Below, piece after piece: positions 26,422-40,436 of a stretch of 64,000 nucleotides of DNA (position 1 is its first letter; each line of letters opens with the position of its first letter). Source of the stretch: Podarcis tiliguerta (Eukaryota). The notes below the pieces were generated by a model. It made no database searches. It saw only the letters and a program-made list of their open reading frames with translations, and had not been told where the DNA came from. The position numbers were made by a program, and so were the translations under genes. Location: the NCBI GenBank assembly GCA_965153285.1, contig OZ229113.1; one strand, written 5' to 3'.

Positions 26422-29400
26422 GTAACAAATACAATTTTCTGAAAAAAAATTATTATAAAAATCTAATAGTGTGCATCCCCAGGGTTTTTGCCCTACAGGT
26501 TTCAAATAATATTTTTAGATAAAAGCAAAACACATTTTCTCTTAACAAAGGCACTGTCTAACAGCTTTTAAATTGCTTAATAGAGCATAGTGAAGGTAAG
26601 TGTATTCAGTACAAAAGCCAAATAAGTTATTGGCTTGAGGATTTCATGGTGAGTAGAACACTTATTGTTAGGCCTGTATCTCTTGAATACCATTTGTATC
26701 TGTTTAAAAATGAAATACCAGCCTTCTTTTATCAGTTTGCTCCTTTTATCAAATATCTATTCTTCTGAGGATTGTTGTTTGTTATATATTCATGTCACTT
26801 CAAAGCTCTCTGAGCAGTGATTTCATTTGACAACATTGTATTTCAGTTTGATATTATCTTTGTGGAAGTGGTTCATCATTTGAAGAGGGATTTTTCAAAG
26901 CGTATTATAGGATGGCTTAAATGTATGTGTAACTTCTGTTGCAAAAATATAATCATACAAATTATGCAGTGCTTCATATAAATTAATATCATACTTGGTA
27001 ATAAATCAGGTTTATAACCACCTGATCGAAGTATGATGTGTGTGTGGGGGGGGGGGATATATATTTCCAAACTTCAATCTCTTCAAAGTCTTGCTCACTT
27101 TCACAACTTCTGGATCTTCTTTCTAAGATTCCTGGCCTGAGTCTTCATAGCTCGTCAAGAATTGTGCTCCACTACTTGTATACGAAATATTATTCCTAAC
27201 CCCTTTCCCCTCCAGCTTTCTTTACCCTGATTGGTGTAGCTCCATTTGCTGCCTCCTTCAGAATTCTGAAATAAGAAAAGATCCAAGAGAGAAATCTCAA
27301 TGTCCCATGCTCCCCTGCCTTTATGAAGTAGGAACATCCTGGTCTTCAATATCTAGTGCTGGCTATAATAAATGGATTAGATCTTACTGATCATGGTTTC
27401 AAGCTTTCTGCTTCCATACTGATGCAATAATGGACAAGAGGAGCAGGGGAAATTCAACCTGCATTCCTGTAATGTCAGAATTGGACTTGATTCTCAGCCT
27501 AGAGACTCCTAATATGTTAACACCACTGCTCTTGGTAAAGCCATAACCACTGCTCTTGGTAAAGTGTTCTGGAAACTGGGTTTTCATTCACTCCCTTGTA
27601 AAAACAAGATGCTTTCCTATCTTCTGTTGCACCAAACAGCACCAAGTATTAATAGAATAGAAATTCAGTTATTCTCTCTAAGGAAATTATGGATGCATTA
27701 TTTCTCCAAGCAGTTTTGTGTTGTAAAGAGGATATTTAGTATGGAAAAGACATAGAAATTAGAAGCATTTTAGAAAGTAAGTAATTAGACCTATCATTGT
27801 TTAAATTATACATATGCTTGTTCCAGATGGTATGGACTAAGTGCCCAGGTTAGTCTTTCTTTTTTAAAAAAATGTTTCCTAAAATTCCAGTGGCAGATCC
27901 TCTGAAGAGTGGGTATCAGATGGATTAAATACACTCCTTTTTTTAGCAGGATGAACTCAGTTGGAATAGCCTAAGCAGTTCAAAGTATAATCAAAGTATA
28001 TTTCACAAAAAGTTTGATTTCAAAAAAGTTTGAATTGAGAATTTGTTAGGGATGACGGCTTGCAGGCCAAGCAATTGGCCAAGCAAGTAAAACAGCTTAG
28101 TTTGCTGAAACTAAGGTACCAAGCCAGATTCATCAGTTTTATAGAGCCAGATGAGGCTCTCTTGGCTTATTGTGATCATTATTGGGCTGAAAGTATAGTA
28201 TCACTCCAGCCATCTGCAGTGTTAGACTTGCAGCATAGATTTAACTGAAGCCACTAGTTCTTATTACTTGCAGTAACCAGAGTTTTACAGGACTTTCTGC
28301 AAGAGTCCCCCATTTGAGACTCTGATACAAATGTATGGTCATTTTCTCTTGAGCATATGTAGATATCTTTTACATTGAACCTACATTGTGTGTGTGCATA
28401 TAATATATAGATAGATAGATGATAGATAGATGCACACACACACACACACACCAGAACAACACTGAAATATTTTTTTCTGTAAGTTCATGATAGCATGGAA
28501 TATGATGTGATGGAAAACTGTTTTAAGAGCACTGGAAGTGGAGTACAGGGATGTACTAACATATTTTTTAAATACCTTAAGGAAACTGTTCTGTAGAATA
28601 CCTTCTGGTTCCTATGCATACCATTAACACGTAAGCTTTCTATAGCTTTGTTTCTTAATGTACAAAACACATAACATCTCAGTAATCCTATAACAGACCA
28701 TATTATATTGAGGGTCAGAGATAGTGGCCTGTCACAGAGCTGAAATTTGCAAGAAGAAAGCATGAAATCTTTCTGCATATGTATTCTAATGGTGATCTTG
28801 GTTATCTGAGTGCTGGTTCATAATGATCCAAATGGCTATATTATCATAGTTATCCACAATTCAAGAAGAAGGTATCATCAGTCTTAGAGGAACCTCAAAG
28901 TATGCACAAGTACAAAAAACCTGGAGGTGTTAAACATTTTGGAGGAGGCAAGAAACAGTCCAGTGAACACTGAGCATGCCGACTTGACTGTTGGTGGGGG
29001 CAGAGAAAGCTTTGTGGGAGGGGGAATGAAATTGGAGTACCCTGAACAGGAGCACTACAGTGTGAGTATCTGCTATTAAATGGGGTCAAAAAAGGCTCTT
29101 GCTATTCTGAAAATAAACATATTTGTGTTATTCAGGGAATCAGCTGAGGAAAAAAATAAGTTATTCAGGATGTTTTTCCTATGCCTTTGATTAAATGCAT
29201 ATTCATCTTCTGTTTCACTGTTTCTGTCAGCCTGAAAATATATATGAAAAGCTAGGCATGGACTGTTCAGAGCTACACAACTGTATGCTTAGTCACAAGC
29301 ATTTATCTAACGTTTGCTTTATGGTTTTGCTCCATATTCCTTTGCACACTCTCTCTTTCTCTTTTCCCTCCCTTCCTTCCTGCATTTATTACTAACTTCA

Positions 29401-29428
29401 AGCCCTGTCTCTTACTCATGGACTGTAG

Positions 29429-29599
29429 CGCTTAAAGACTGAGCTGAATGATATGCGTCCAAAGGTGGACTCTGTGCGTGACCAGGCAGTAGACTTGATG
29501 ACAAACCGTGGAGATCACTGCAGGAAAGTAATAGAGCCTAAACTGGCAGAGCTCAACCAGCGATTTGCAGCCCTATCAGAAAGAATTAAAAGTGAAAAG
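29429..29599 (+). CDS. DMD: Dystrophin exon 37 equivalent
   Basis: ctgtag|CGC...AAG|gtagga; 171 bp; RLKTELNDMRPKVDSVRDQAVDLMTNRGDHCRKVIEP...RIKSEK; TACTAAC branch-point-like motif near 29390. Confidence 0.96.
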
Positions 29600-31144
29600 G
29601 TAGGAGGACATGCTCCTTGCTGAGCTACTTGTATATGCTAAAGAGGGCTTCGCAAAGTGGGTATGGTTGGGGTTTTTTGAGGGCAAGTTTTACAAAGCAG
29701 AAGCTAGCAAGGGCAAAGGAGTGAAATCCGGAATTTAAAAACTGAAACATTGGAAGAGCCTTTGTGTGAGTGTGTATGTAAAATAAACTGTACCTTCCAG
29801 AAGCAAAGTTCCCGTTGTTATTATTATTATTATTGCTTTCGCTAGCCACAAAAATTTCCTGCCGAGAAAAAAAAGAAAGAAATGATGCTTGTTGTTGTTA
29901 TCACTAAAAAGCATGCTGTCATACCAAAATGGAGGACATGTAAAACTAGCATGCGGCTTTTCTATCTAGCATGTTGTCTTAAAGCAAATTCACATTGGTG
30001 CTTCCGGTGCAAGAATCTGTTCACAAGTTTCATTCTGATATGTTTGCAACTCAATAAGATCAACACAGTGAGAATGAGTCAAAAGCAAATCATTTTCACC
30101 AATTTTGTTTGTCTTTATGGTTGCTGAGCTGTATCAGTGGAAGAGTTGGAGAGAGCTTAAAATAAGTGTGGTAAATATTTGGTACTTTTTCTTTTAACTT
30201 TCCTAAAGCCAGATTTTCTAAGACCAGTTCGCTAAATCATTAGGCAGTTCTGGATAACAAGGGGTTTTTTAGCCCAACTGGGCAACTTATAGCACAATCG
30301 TATGCATGCTTATCCTTAAGTAACTCCCATTGTGCTCAGTCAGATTTACTCCCATGTAAATATGTATAGGAATGCAGCCTTAAGATCTAGTTTGCTTGGA
30401 GGCAGCCAGGAGAGCAGGTTGAAAATGGGCAAAGCTGCTTAGACCTGAACCCACCAATATTTGTACTTGAAAAAGGGTGACAGGAAGGGGCTAAACCACT
30501 GACATTTAGAAAAGAAGTGACAACTTCAGGAAGCCTGAGAGAGCTGAAGTAAGTCTGCCTTTTGAGCCATACCCGAAAACAAAAACAAAACTTGACATAC
30601 GGAATTATGAAACTGCTGCATACTGAGTCAGACTATTGTTTTGTCTAGCCCAGTATTATATATTCTGGCATGTAGTGGCTCTCTTTCAGAGCCTTTTCCA
30701 CCCAACTAGGCTTTTAACAGGAGGTCAAGGGCCACTTGCATGCAACCACAGCATCTACAGCTCCAAAAGCTGGTAATACAGCTACAGCAGAAGTTGGGAA
30801 ATTTTGCCTTATCAAAGTTGTCCACATATACACTTTCCCCAACATGAATTGTGCCTAGCTCAGCACCAGTGAACTGTTTCTTGAAACTTCCAATCCCAGT
30901 GCCCACCTAATAAATGTGAAAAGTAGACTTAGGTGAGATAAGGTACTTGAAGTTGTGAAACTTGTACAGAATCTAAAAGCCATTGCGCAAAATGTACTAT
31001 ACACAAATTTATGCAAGATTCTGTTGAGGTAAAAATGGTTCAGGGTTCACTAATAAAATTAGAGGGCATTTATATAAATTTTTGTTTTTTTAAAAAATAG
31101 GGAAAGAAATGAAGGTTCATATTGCATACAAGCATATTGTAAAG

Positions 31145-31273
31145 CAGGGATTGAGAAGTAGTGATTCTCCAGATATTGTTGGAATACGATTTCTGTTATT
31201 CCCAATCATTGGTAATGTTGGCTAGGACTTGAAGTACAATGAAATCTGGAGGGTGACTGTTTCCCCATCCCTG
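31145..31273. mobile_element. Degenerate hAT MITE related to the 2439 family
   Basis: CAGGGAT...ATCCCTG termini; internal CTCCAGAT/ATCTGGAG symmetry; decayed TSD TTGTAAAG/TTCTAAGG. Confidence 0.6.
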
Positions 31274-34099
31274 TTCTAAGGAAACACATAATTATGGGAA
31301 TTGCCCCACTATCCTATTGATTATAAGTTCCACGTAATCACAGACAAGCATTGGGAATCTGGAGCTGGTTTCAATCTACTCAGTCAGCAACTGGCAGTTT
31401 TTATGCTTTTCATGCATGAGTGCTTAGCACTGAAAATTGGAAGCTTCAGTGTTAATACAGAACACAATTCATATATTTTGGCAAAAGCTAAAGTTTTGCT
31501 TAGTATATTAAGCTGTCATAACTATGCTCTCTCCTCACTAACCACAAACTATAGCCAAGGTTTAGTTGTGGCTTAGCTTAGCTTGGCACAGAAGTAAAAG
31601 TGACTAGGAAGGTGGTGTCTGCATGGCCCAGGTAAGTCAGGGATAGGCAGCTTGATCTGGCTAGTGGGCCAGATCCTTATTCCACACATCCACCATGGCC
31701 CAACTTTGATAGTTGGTCTGGATCAACCACCTGTAAATAATTTGACATCATAATCATCACAGATGCAGCAACTTGTTTTGAATGTGTGCTTTCAGCACCA
31801 ATTAGTGATTAGCACCTTCAGAGAGGCTCCTTGTAACCACTGATCAGCAGATAGCACTTTGTCTGGTGCTTTGAATACAAACTGCTTACTCTGGAAAAAA
31901 TAAACATGCTCTATTTTTAAGCAGAGCATTCCCCCCCCCCTCCAGAGAAAGTGGTTTGGATTCAAAGCACTGTGCTAGGGGGTGCTGCGGAAAGCCATAG
32001 TTTGTCATGTGCAAACAAACCTGTTTTGCAGCGCAAACACACCTGGCACAGAAACAATATATTCTTCCTTCCTGATCAGTTGTACCTGTGTAATACACAA
32101 CTTTGTTGCATTAAAATGTTACATTTCACACAGAACATTACATTTACATTTCAATATGTATGCCCTGAAAATATGTATAAAGAAGCCCTCCATTTGTAGT
32201 TTGCTGAAAATATTTGTTTTGTTAATGAACAACCTGTTTGTCACACCACACTACCTATTCTGGTTTGTGTCCGGCGCAAAGATTAACAAAATACAGGTCA
32301 GCCTACTAAGCTTCCTCTCTTCATAAATGGTCAACATGGTGTTATGAGTTTGCAGGGGGCGGGGGAGTAGAGGGTATACTGAGACCCTTCTAACCCCTGG
32401 ATCCAGCAAGTGTTAAAATATAGGCAAGGCTGGCTTCCTGATGAGGTGCCCACAGTTATTTAGAAGGTCAGTGCCAGAGTTGAGGGCAGAGAGTTTGCAG
32501 TGATGTGAGCTAGAAGCGAATGGAGTAAGATGGAGAGAGTCAGAATGATGTTTGATTTCTCTTTGAATTCTAAGCTGCAGCCAGGGAAGAAGCAAAGCCT
32601 TCTTGAGGTGTTAATTTTGTGAATCCCTCCACTGTAGGCTCAGGATGTGTGTTTGTGTGTGTGTAAATAAATCATATATCAAAAAGACAGCAGTGTCTCT
32701 GCTTTGCCTCTTTCCGAAGGAAACATGAACCCTGGGTAAGTGCTTGAGACCCATGAAATATTGTACCACTCAGAGCTTGAGGAGGCATGCAACAATGTTA
32801 TTGTTCTCTGGGTTTAAATAAAGTACTAAAGCTGTAATGACATCATCAAAAATGACCTTACCATTAGGTAAGATGAAGTGGCTGCCTTAGGTAGCAAATT
32901 ATGGGTGCTATTAAAGAGTGGTTTATTTGTATAATGTTGCTACTTGAACTTTCTGCCTCAGGTACCAATTGTCTGTGTTCAGTCTTGAAGATCCAACACT
33001 CCTATTTGTTTCTTTCAGTTAATCTTAGCCATGCCTTGATTTAATGTTGACTAGTTTGCCCTCAGACACATTTTCTTATGGAAATTGAAATAAAACACTG
33101 GGTAGAATGTATTTATCAAGAAATGGGTTACTGCTGAGAGGATTTTTATTTGTGATACATTAGTCTTTTAAATATGACCAAGATTTTAACCTTATTGTAA
33201 TTGAGACCATTTTCTTTTAATCACACTTATTTAGGGATCTTTAAGATTATAGAAGCCAAAAGATGAGGAATTAATAGCATTTTTAGAAAGCAACAGGCTT
33301 GGCTAAAATATTTGTATATTTTTTAAAAAGTCAGGTAAAAATTGTCAAGGAAAGGCAAGTAGGAATATTTTTTTAAGAAACACCAGGGAACAGGAAAATG
33401 GAAATGCATGGCTAGTGGTTTTGTGTTTCTGTTAAAAACACTGTGGGCCCATGAATAAATCACCTTTTACAATGTGCTTACCAAGACAGGATACATGAAT
33501 TAACTGTGTATGTGGTGCTATGTGAAAGGTTAAGTTTAGAATACTACGTATCCTCTGTGACTGGCAGGTTGCAGTTAGTTGAGAAAATCTGGGTTCTTTT
33601 TATTTTTGTGTTAGACAATTGTAATATTTCGCTTCTCACTGGCTTCTTGGATAGAAATCATTGGTCACTCCTTGAATGGGAAAAGTGGTCTGATAATGAA
33701 TTCTGTGCCACATAAAATCTGATTGGTTGAATGAATGGTAGGCTGGCTGGAACATAAAAATGCCACTTCTACCACTGTCCGAGAATGGGCCAGAAGAGGA
33801 AGAAGCTGGAGGAGAAGACTGAGGTGTGAAGGCTGGTGGTGAGGCAGGTTGAGGCTAAGGAAAATCTGGAAGTATAATCTGCCTCAAAAAAAGGCCAAAT
33901 CACTGGTTTAAGCCAAAGGCTGGCAGAGTCTCCATCAAACTGTGGAGGCTGTGAGCAGTGAGGAGAGATCAGTAAGGAGCTTCTGGAGCTGACCCCTCCC
34001 GCAGCCCTTTTTCTTCCACCGTACAGGACTGCTGGGAGAGGGACCAGTCTGACTGGCACAGGTGGGGTCTCTACTTGACTCCCTCTCATCCCTCTCACA

Positions 34100-34282
34100 C
34101 AGGGCCTTGCAGAGACAGGCAGAGGCCCAGGCCAGGTAGATAATGTGCCCCCCTTTTTTTACCCTGGGGATAACTGAAGTCTTATAAATATGTAAGTATT
34201 GTGAATATGCTGACCGAAGCCCCCTTTGGAATCGGAGGCCTAGGCCAAGTGGCCCATATGGTCTCCCCTCTGTCTGGGCCTG
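34100..34282. mobile_element. hAT-type MITE
   Basis: CAGGGCC...GGGCCTG termini; exact TSD CTCTCACA at 34092-34099 and 34283-34290. Confidence 0.8.
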
Positions 34283-34369
34283 CTCTCACATAAAGAAAGT
34301 AGAATCTGATTTGTGTCTATTGGAACTTCCTAGCTCCCTGAGGATTTGGTAGGTGGGTTCTGTGAGGGA

Positions 34370-34370
<1 letters not shown>

Positions 34371-34415
<45 letters not shown>
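34371..34415. repeat. (ATT)15 microsatellite
   Basis: Perfect trinucleotide run. Confidence 0.95.
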
Positions 34416-36983
34416 GCAAGAAGATCCTTTAATAAACCTGTGGTATTAAGCAGCAATCCTAACCCCACTTACCTGGGAGCAAATGCCATTGAATTCAATG
34501 GGACTTGCTTCTCGGTAGACCTGGTTATGTGAGGTCTTGGTATTCTTTCTTACTCCATAGCGGGAAATATGTTCTAGTGGAAGCAAAGTTAAGTCCAAGG
34601 TATGCTAATGTTTTTTTGTCCAAAATAGTCATAAAAATCTCCCTCCGTTTATTTCAGCTGAACAAAGTTCTCTTCCTGACAAACTTCTGTGCCAGCTCTG
34701 CCTTTTGTGGCTAAGATTTTCAAAATACAATTTTGTAAATTTATGTTCTACCATCCTTCATGCCAAAATACGAATAATATGCATTATTTTTTATATGAAT
34801 AACCAGAAATTTACAAAAATGGGAACACCTGAAAACCCGTCTTAATTCACACAGAATGCAATGCTGCTCTTATCTACTGTTTTATACTCAATAGCATTTG
34901 CTCAAGGGCTTATATATATTTATCGTGTCAATTTTTATACCCCATAATCAAATCAATATACCTATGCAGTGTATAAAATTTAAAACCAATACAGAATAAA
35001 ATGAACAAATCCATACAGAAGACATAATAAAATGCAGCATGGTCACAGAAATACAATATAGGCCACCTTCAAGAGGAGGCTTGCTATAACAACAGATATT
35101 TAAGGTGATGCCTAAAACACATTACAGAATGTGTCAGTCTAATCTCAGTGGGCAAAGAGTTCCATGAGCTCAGTGCCACAACACGGAATGCACTATTTCT
35201 AGTCGATAATAACAAGGAATGGCAAATTGTGAGTCAGTTGCAGGTCATAAAGGTCAGGCAAGGGTCTAAAAGGTGAGGTGATTATTTAAATGTAAGTTGC
35301 TTTATACAGTAGTAGTAGTAACTTGGCCAAGCAGCAAATTATCATCCAGTGTATATCCTTTAGCCGACATTTCACATGGTTGCGATAAAAAGTCCTTGAC
35401 CAACTATGCGTGAGGTTCATAAACAGAAGGCGCTTTTGCCCATTTTCCCTTACTACTGCAGTCCTGAACCCCATGTCACTCTATTCTGGAGTGACCCCCA
35501 GTGTGAAAGAAGCAGATTTTTAGGAATAAAGAAGCTGCAGGAGAAATGGAAAGAAATGATCCCATTCTATGAAATGAAGTTGGGATTGCTGACATTCAAA
35601 ATTGCTCAGACTGATATTTGAAGAACTGAATTATGTGTGCTTAGGGCAATGCCATGGGCTAAATTATCTTTTGATCCATTTTAGCTTGGAACACAGAACT
35701 GTATGTTCCCAAACGATGACTCTTTTACTTATGTGTCTGTAAACCTGTGTCATTTGTCACATGTTTTAAAAGCTCATTTTGATTAAAATTGCTGGTTTAT
35801 GGCACTGTGTTAGCTGAGTAGTTTTGTGTCTTAACACCTGAAAGTCTTAAAAGTAGATCTAATGCCAGGAATCTGAAAGGGATCTTTTATTTTGTTTCTT
35901 TGTTTATGAATGATTAAAATTGCACCACATCAACAAGGATGTTCAAAGTTTACAAAAATGGAAGTTCACTATGTAACAATTTGATCATTTTACATCTTAG
36001 TATTAGAATGCACTTAAGACTTTATATTAAATTGTAAGTACACACATATTAATTTCCCCCATGTGATGCATTAATGAAAACAAGTGAAATCTAGCTTATT
36101 GAAGTTCATAAGTAGTCCTTAGTCATGATAAGATTCTAAATTAAAGACAGTATTATAATTTACATAAATCAGTAACTAAGCCTTCTCATAAAGCTTTCTA
36201 AATCCCAATATTGCTTTTGTTTGGGGCGGGGAGGGGGGAACAGGTGATTTCCCACTTTTTAAAGTGGTGTATTTTTAATGTACTGTGCTAGAAATACTCA
36301 GAATTTATGGAATACTTTTCTGTTTTATTAATATGGTTATATTTCTGCCTTTAATAAAAATATCTTTTGAAGTTTAAAACAATATAGAATATGATATATA
36401 TGCATATTTGTGGAAAAATTGCTTCTGAATGTGTGATGAATTTCTGATAGGCCAGGTTTAAACAAAATGTCAGAATTGTGTTTCCTCCCCAGTTCTCATA
36501 AAGTTTAAAATTCATTGAATGCACATTCTACATATTTATTTACATGCATCTACAATCCAAGCCAAAAATGTATTCATTAAGAATATTTGCTTTGTTGGTG
36601 AAGAAGTTGAAAAAACAGCAAATACCTTTATGTTGATTGTGGCTTTTATCATTTTACGGCTTTTATATAGTTTTAATATTGCTTTTTCATTTTGATGATT
36701 TATGATGTTTTTATATGGTTGATGAAGTTCCTTTTGCAACATAAACAAAACTGCTAGGTAAGAGCCATAAATAAAGATTGATCAAGCAAGGTACTACCAC
36801 GAGTTTTGTTACATAAAAGCTATTTTGTAAAATACCCAAAATGTGTATGTAATTAATTTAACAGTTGGGGGCAAAACAGATATGTCGCTTTGGTTTATGT
36901 CTGTAATAAAACAGTATGTGATGTAAAATTGACAATCTTCCTTTCTCTCTCCCCCTTCCCAACTTTCCAACCGTTCTTTAAAG

Positions 36984-37106
36984 CCCTTCATTCCTTTGAA
37001 GGAATTGGAACAGTTTAACTACGATATACAAAAATTGCTTGAACCACTGGAGGCTGAAATTCAGCAGGGGGTGAATCTGAAAGAGGAAGACTTCAATAAA
37101 GATATG
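36984..37106 (+). CDS. DMD: Dystrophin exon 38 equivalent
   Basis: ctttaaag|CCC...ATG|gtaaat; 123 bp; PFIPLKELEQFNYDIQKLLEPLEAEIQQGVNLKEEDFNKDM. Confidence 0.96.
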
Positions 37107-38773
37107 GTAAATTGGTTGTGATGGGAGTATGAATAAAATGGAAATGGAATAAGTGCTGGAGTAAAAATTAGAAACCTCTACGTTTGCATTTGACTCTTTA
37201 GACAGGTTAAACACACTGTCGTTCTGTTTAGCTGCTATAAAATTATACTGCAGCGTTTACTGTTTGTAGCATTGTCATCATAATGTTCTAGTAATATATA
37301 CAATGCTAACTTTCATAGAATAATACTTGCTTATTCCTTCGGAATAATTTTCTGAAATGGACAGAAGTGTATGTCCAGCACCACGTTATAGATATGCTGG
37401 ATCAATCTACAAATCTTTCATTTAACCTGATGCTGACTAAAGCAGAGGTAGGAAAAGTCCAGCTGTGGATGATGTCAGCTATTCAATTTATACTTTTTAT
37501 ATCCCTTTCTAATTTCAGTATTTGAAATCCTTCTATAAAGGTGTTGAATGTTGATGGAAAGGTGCATTATTTGTACTCATGACAAATTCTTAAATAATTA
37601 GGCACCTGTTGTTAAATTGTGTAGCTGAAGAAAGGGGAGTGAAATTGGTATGACTTTAGACAGCATAATTTTATAACTGCAAAAATCTTTGGTACCTTCA
37701 AATCATCACAACTTTGATACTCATTCAGTCTTCAACATCAAATTTAGTGAAAGCTCTGCAGCGTCATCTTTTTTAATCTTAGTAAAAACAAAGAAACAAA
37801 ATTGTACGTGCCTAGATAATGCAGTTTGCCAAATTTTCCCCAGGAAGCCTGTAATTCTAGGATTCACCAAAATACTGGAAATGTCTATTGCAAACGTGAG
37901 GTGAACTCTTGCCTGTATTGTTGATTCTCATACATTTGCTTTCTTTCTATGTATGTTATTGATTGATTTGTTAGTATTGTTAGTTGTTACTAAAGTTATT
38001 AGTAAAGTTGAAATTTTCTGAAAATCACAATGTCAAATTATCTTCATGGATTTTTTTGCCCCAACACTGCATCCAAGAATTGGTTCAAGACTTGCACAGT
38101 CTCTCACCTGATACTAGTGAATCCGCAATATAAATAATTTCAAAATAAAATATGTGGCTAATGTCGCTGCTGCTTCCCATTGATACTTCTACTGTAGCTC
38201 TGAAGGATGAACATCGGTATCCAAGCTTTCAATTCTTAGTTCATAAGCATTCTATACCACAGGGACATTGCTAAATCCTTAAGAAACTTGGGGCAGAGGC
38301 TCACAATATGAATGTGGATAAAACTTGCATGAAACAACATATATCTATAGATGCAAATTTTGGCTGACTTTCAGCAGGAAGGCTACCCTGCAAGGAAAGT
38401 TAAATTAAGCTTTAAAGCAAAGGACAACACATTTGGGACCTGATGAAAAAGGCCCAAGGATATTACTCTTTTGTTTACTCTTCCCTCTTCCTTGACCCCC
38501 TGCCTCTGACATCTACCCTCTGCTGACTTTTTTGAGTTTAAGGTCTTCTGCTTGCAGGGCCGTTGCTTTTTTCTTGTTAATATGTGAAACACCATGTATA
38601 TTCATGGTGTATAAAGGACGATGATAAAAATAATGACTAGTAATAGCACAATATATTTTTTCAAGATTTTCAAGATTCAATAGGCTAAGCAGTCTTGCTT
38701 TATGTGTGGATATATATATTTGGAGAGAATGTTGATTACATTAATTCTTTTTCTTTTCATGAAAAAAAATCAG

Positions 38774-38911
38774 AGTGAAGATAATGAGGGTACTGTAAAA
38801 GAACTGCTTCAACGAGGAAATGTGCTTCACCAAACAATCACAGATGAAAGAAAAAGAGAGGAAATAAAAAGTAAACAGCACCTGTTGCAGACTAAGCATA
38901 ATGCTCTCAAG
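38774..38911 (+). CDS. DMD: Dystrophin exon 39 equivalent
   Basis: aatcag|AGT...AAG|gtagag; 138 bp; SEDNEGTVKELLQRG...QTKHNALK. Confidence 0.96.
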
Positions 38912-40215
38912 GTAGAGAACATAACTAATAAATGCACAAATTCTCTGATCTTTTTTATACATGTTGGTATTGGGCAGGGATGGAGAGTTCAGCAGTCTGA
39001 ACAACTGAGGTTCTTTAGCATCTACCATAGCGTCTTTCCCCCTCCACATAGATATGATCTTCCACAATGGTTTTCTAGTTGTTGTTTAATAAATCAATGC
39101 AGTCTGCTCTATGATTATGAAAGAGGATTTGTCGGCAGCCATTGCTACTTGACATTCCTGGTTGCAGATACCTATTTTTCATTTTATGCCTAGGAATAGA
39201 GAAAAACTTTCAATTCATTTTAAACATACTTTTTGATAGGTTCGCACGCAGGACTGTTAAAATTTCTACAACTTTTCAGTGTTTTTTTCAGTGCATTCTT
39301 CTGACAAATTAAAATGCCTTTGATTAAGGAAACTATATGTAATTCAGATTTTGTGCTGTGGTATTATGCAAAGCTGTTTTATGTAAAGCCTTTAATGATA
39401 GTAAAATTGTATTTAGATTGATCAGATTCTTACTGACAATCTTTACAAGGGGCATGGTTATTTATTTTATTTTTCATTTTTGTGACTCACTGAACACATT
39501 CAGCCTTGATGTGTAACACTAAGACTATTGAGTAGTTAAGCAAATTTGTACCTTGTAGACTGAAAATTGAATTATAGGGAAAGATTAAGAGGGAAGGGCG
39601 GATCCCCAATAATGCATAATTTAATTTAACTATAATATTTATAAAACACAATCAATTACAATAGTTTACAAAACTTATTGAAAGATGTATATATATAGTA
39701 CAGAAATTAACATAGCCTACTTAGAGAAACAAGTAAAGAAGAAAATATTTAGCCTTTACTTATAGTACAATCATGGTTCATCTATTTGCATAACTATTCA
39801 TATACCACCCCCACCGCCGTGTACATATTGGCCACCATTTGTATGCCTTGTTCACAATTTGCAATAAATCACTGTTTGTCTTAAACGATGGTTTAATTGT
39901 GAATGCGCTTCCTCTCCGGATTCCCCCCCCCCGCACATAGCTTCTTCCCCTTCCCCCCACAGTGGCAGTTTATTTCCATTTTAGCACTCATGGTTTGAAA
40001 CAAACCAATTATAGTCTAGATTTCATGAACAGCAGCAGATGAAAAGACGTGGTGGCACTGCTTACCTCCAAGCACAGAGCCAATATGTTGCTCCTCCTGG
40101 TGTGTTTGTTCAGTGTTGGTATCCGCCCTGGTGTGTTCCTAGGCCTTGGAGGGCTAAGCCAGCTGGGGGCCCCTGCAAGGGACCAGCTGCTCTTTTGTTT
40201 GAGTCTATAACTTTA

Positions 40216-40436
40216 AATAACAATAACAATAAATTTATTATTTATACCCCACCCATCTGGCTGGGCAGCTCCCAACAGATTAAAAACAGAATAAAACATC
40301 AAACATTAAAAACTTCCCTAAACAGGGCTGCCTTCGGGTGTCTTCTAAAAGCTAGATAGTTGCTTATTTCCTTGACATCTGATGGGAGGGTGTTCCACAG
40401 GGCGGGCACCACCACCAAGAAGGCCCTCTGCCTGGC
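40216..40436 (-). mobile_element. L2/CR1-clade LINE 3' end
   Basis: Minus-strand translation includes RAFLVVVPALWNTLPSDVK...FRRHPKAALF, a typical L2-type ORF2 C-terminus; followed by an A/T-rich tail. Confidence 0.75.

Noticed and set aside
38702-39193. 163-aa ORF as a stand-alone gene or extended exon
   Set aside because: Only 38774-38911 is dystrophin-like; the rest is read-through past canonical splice sites
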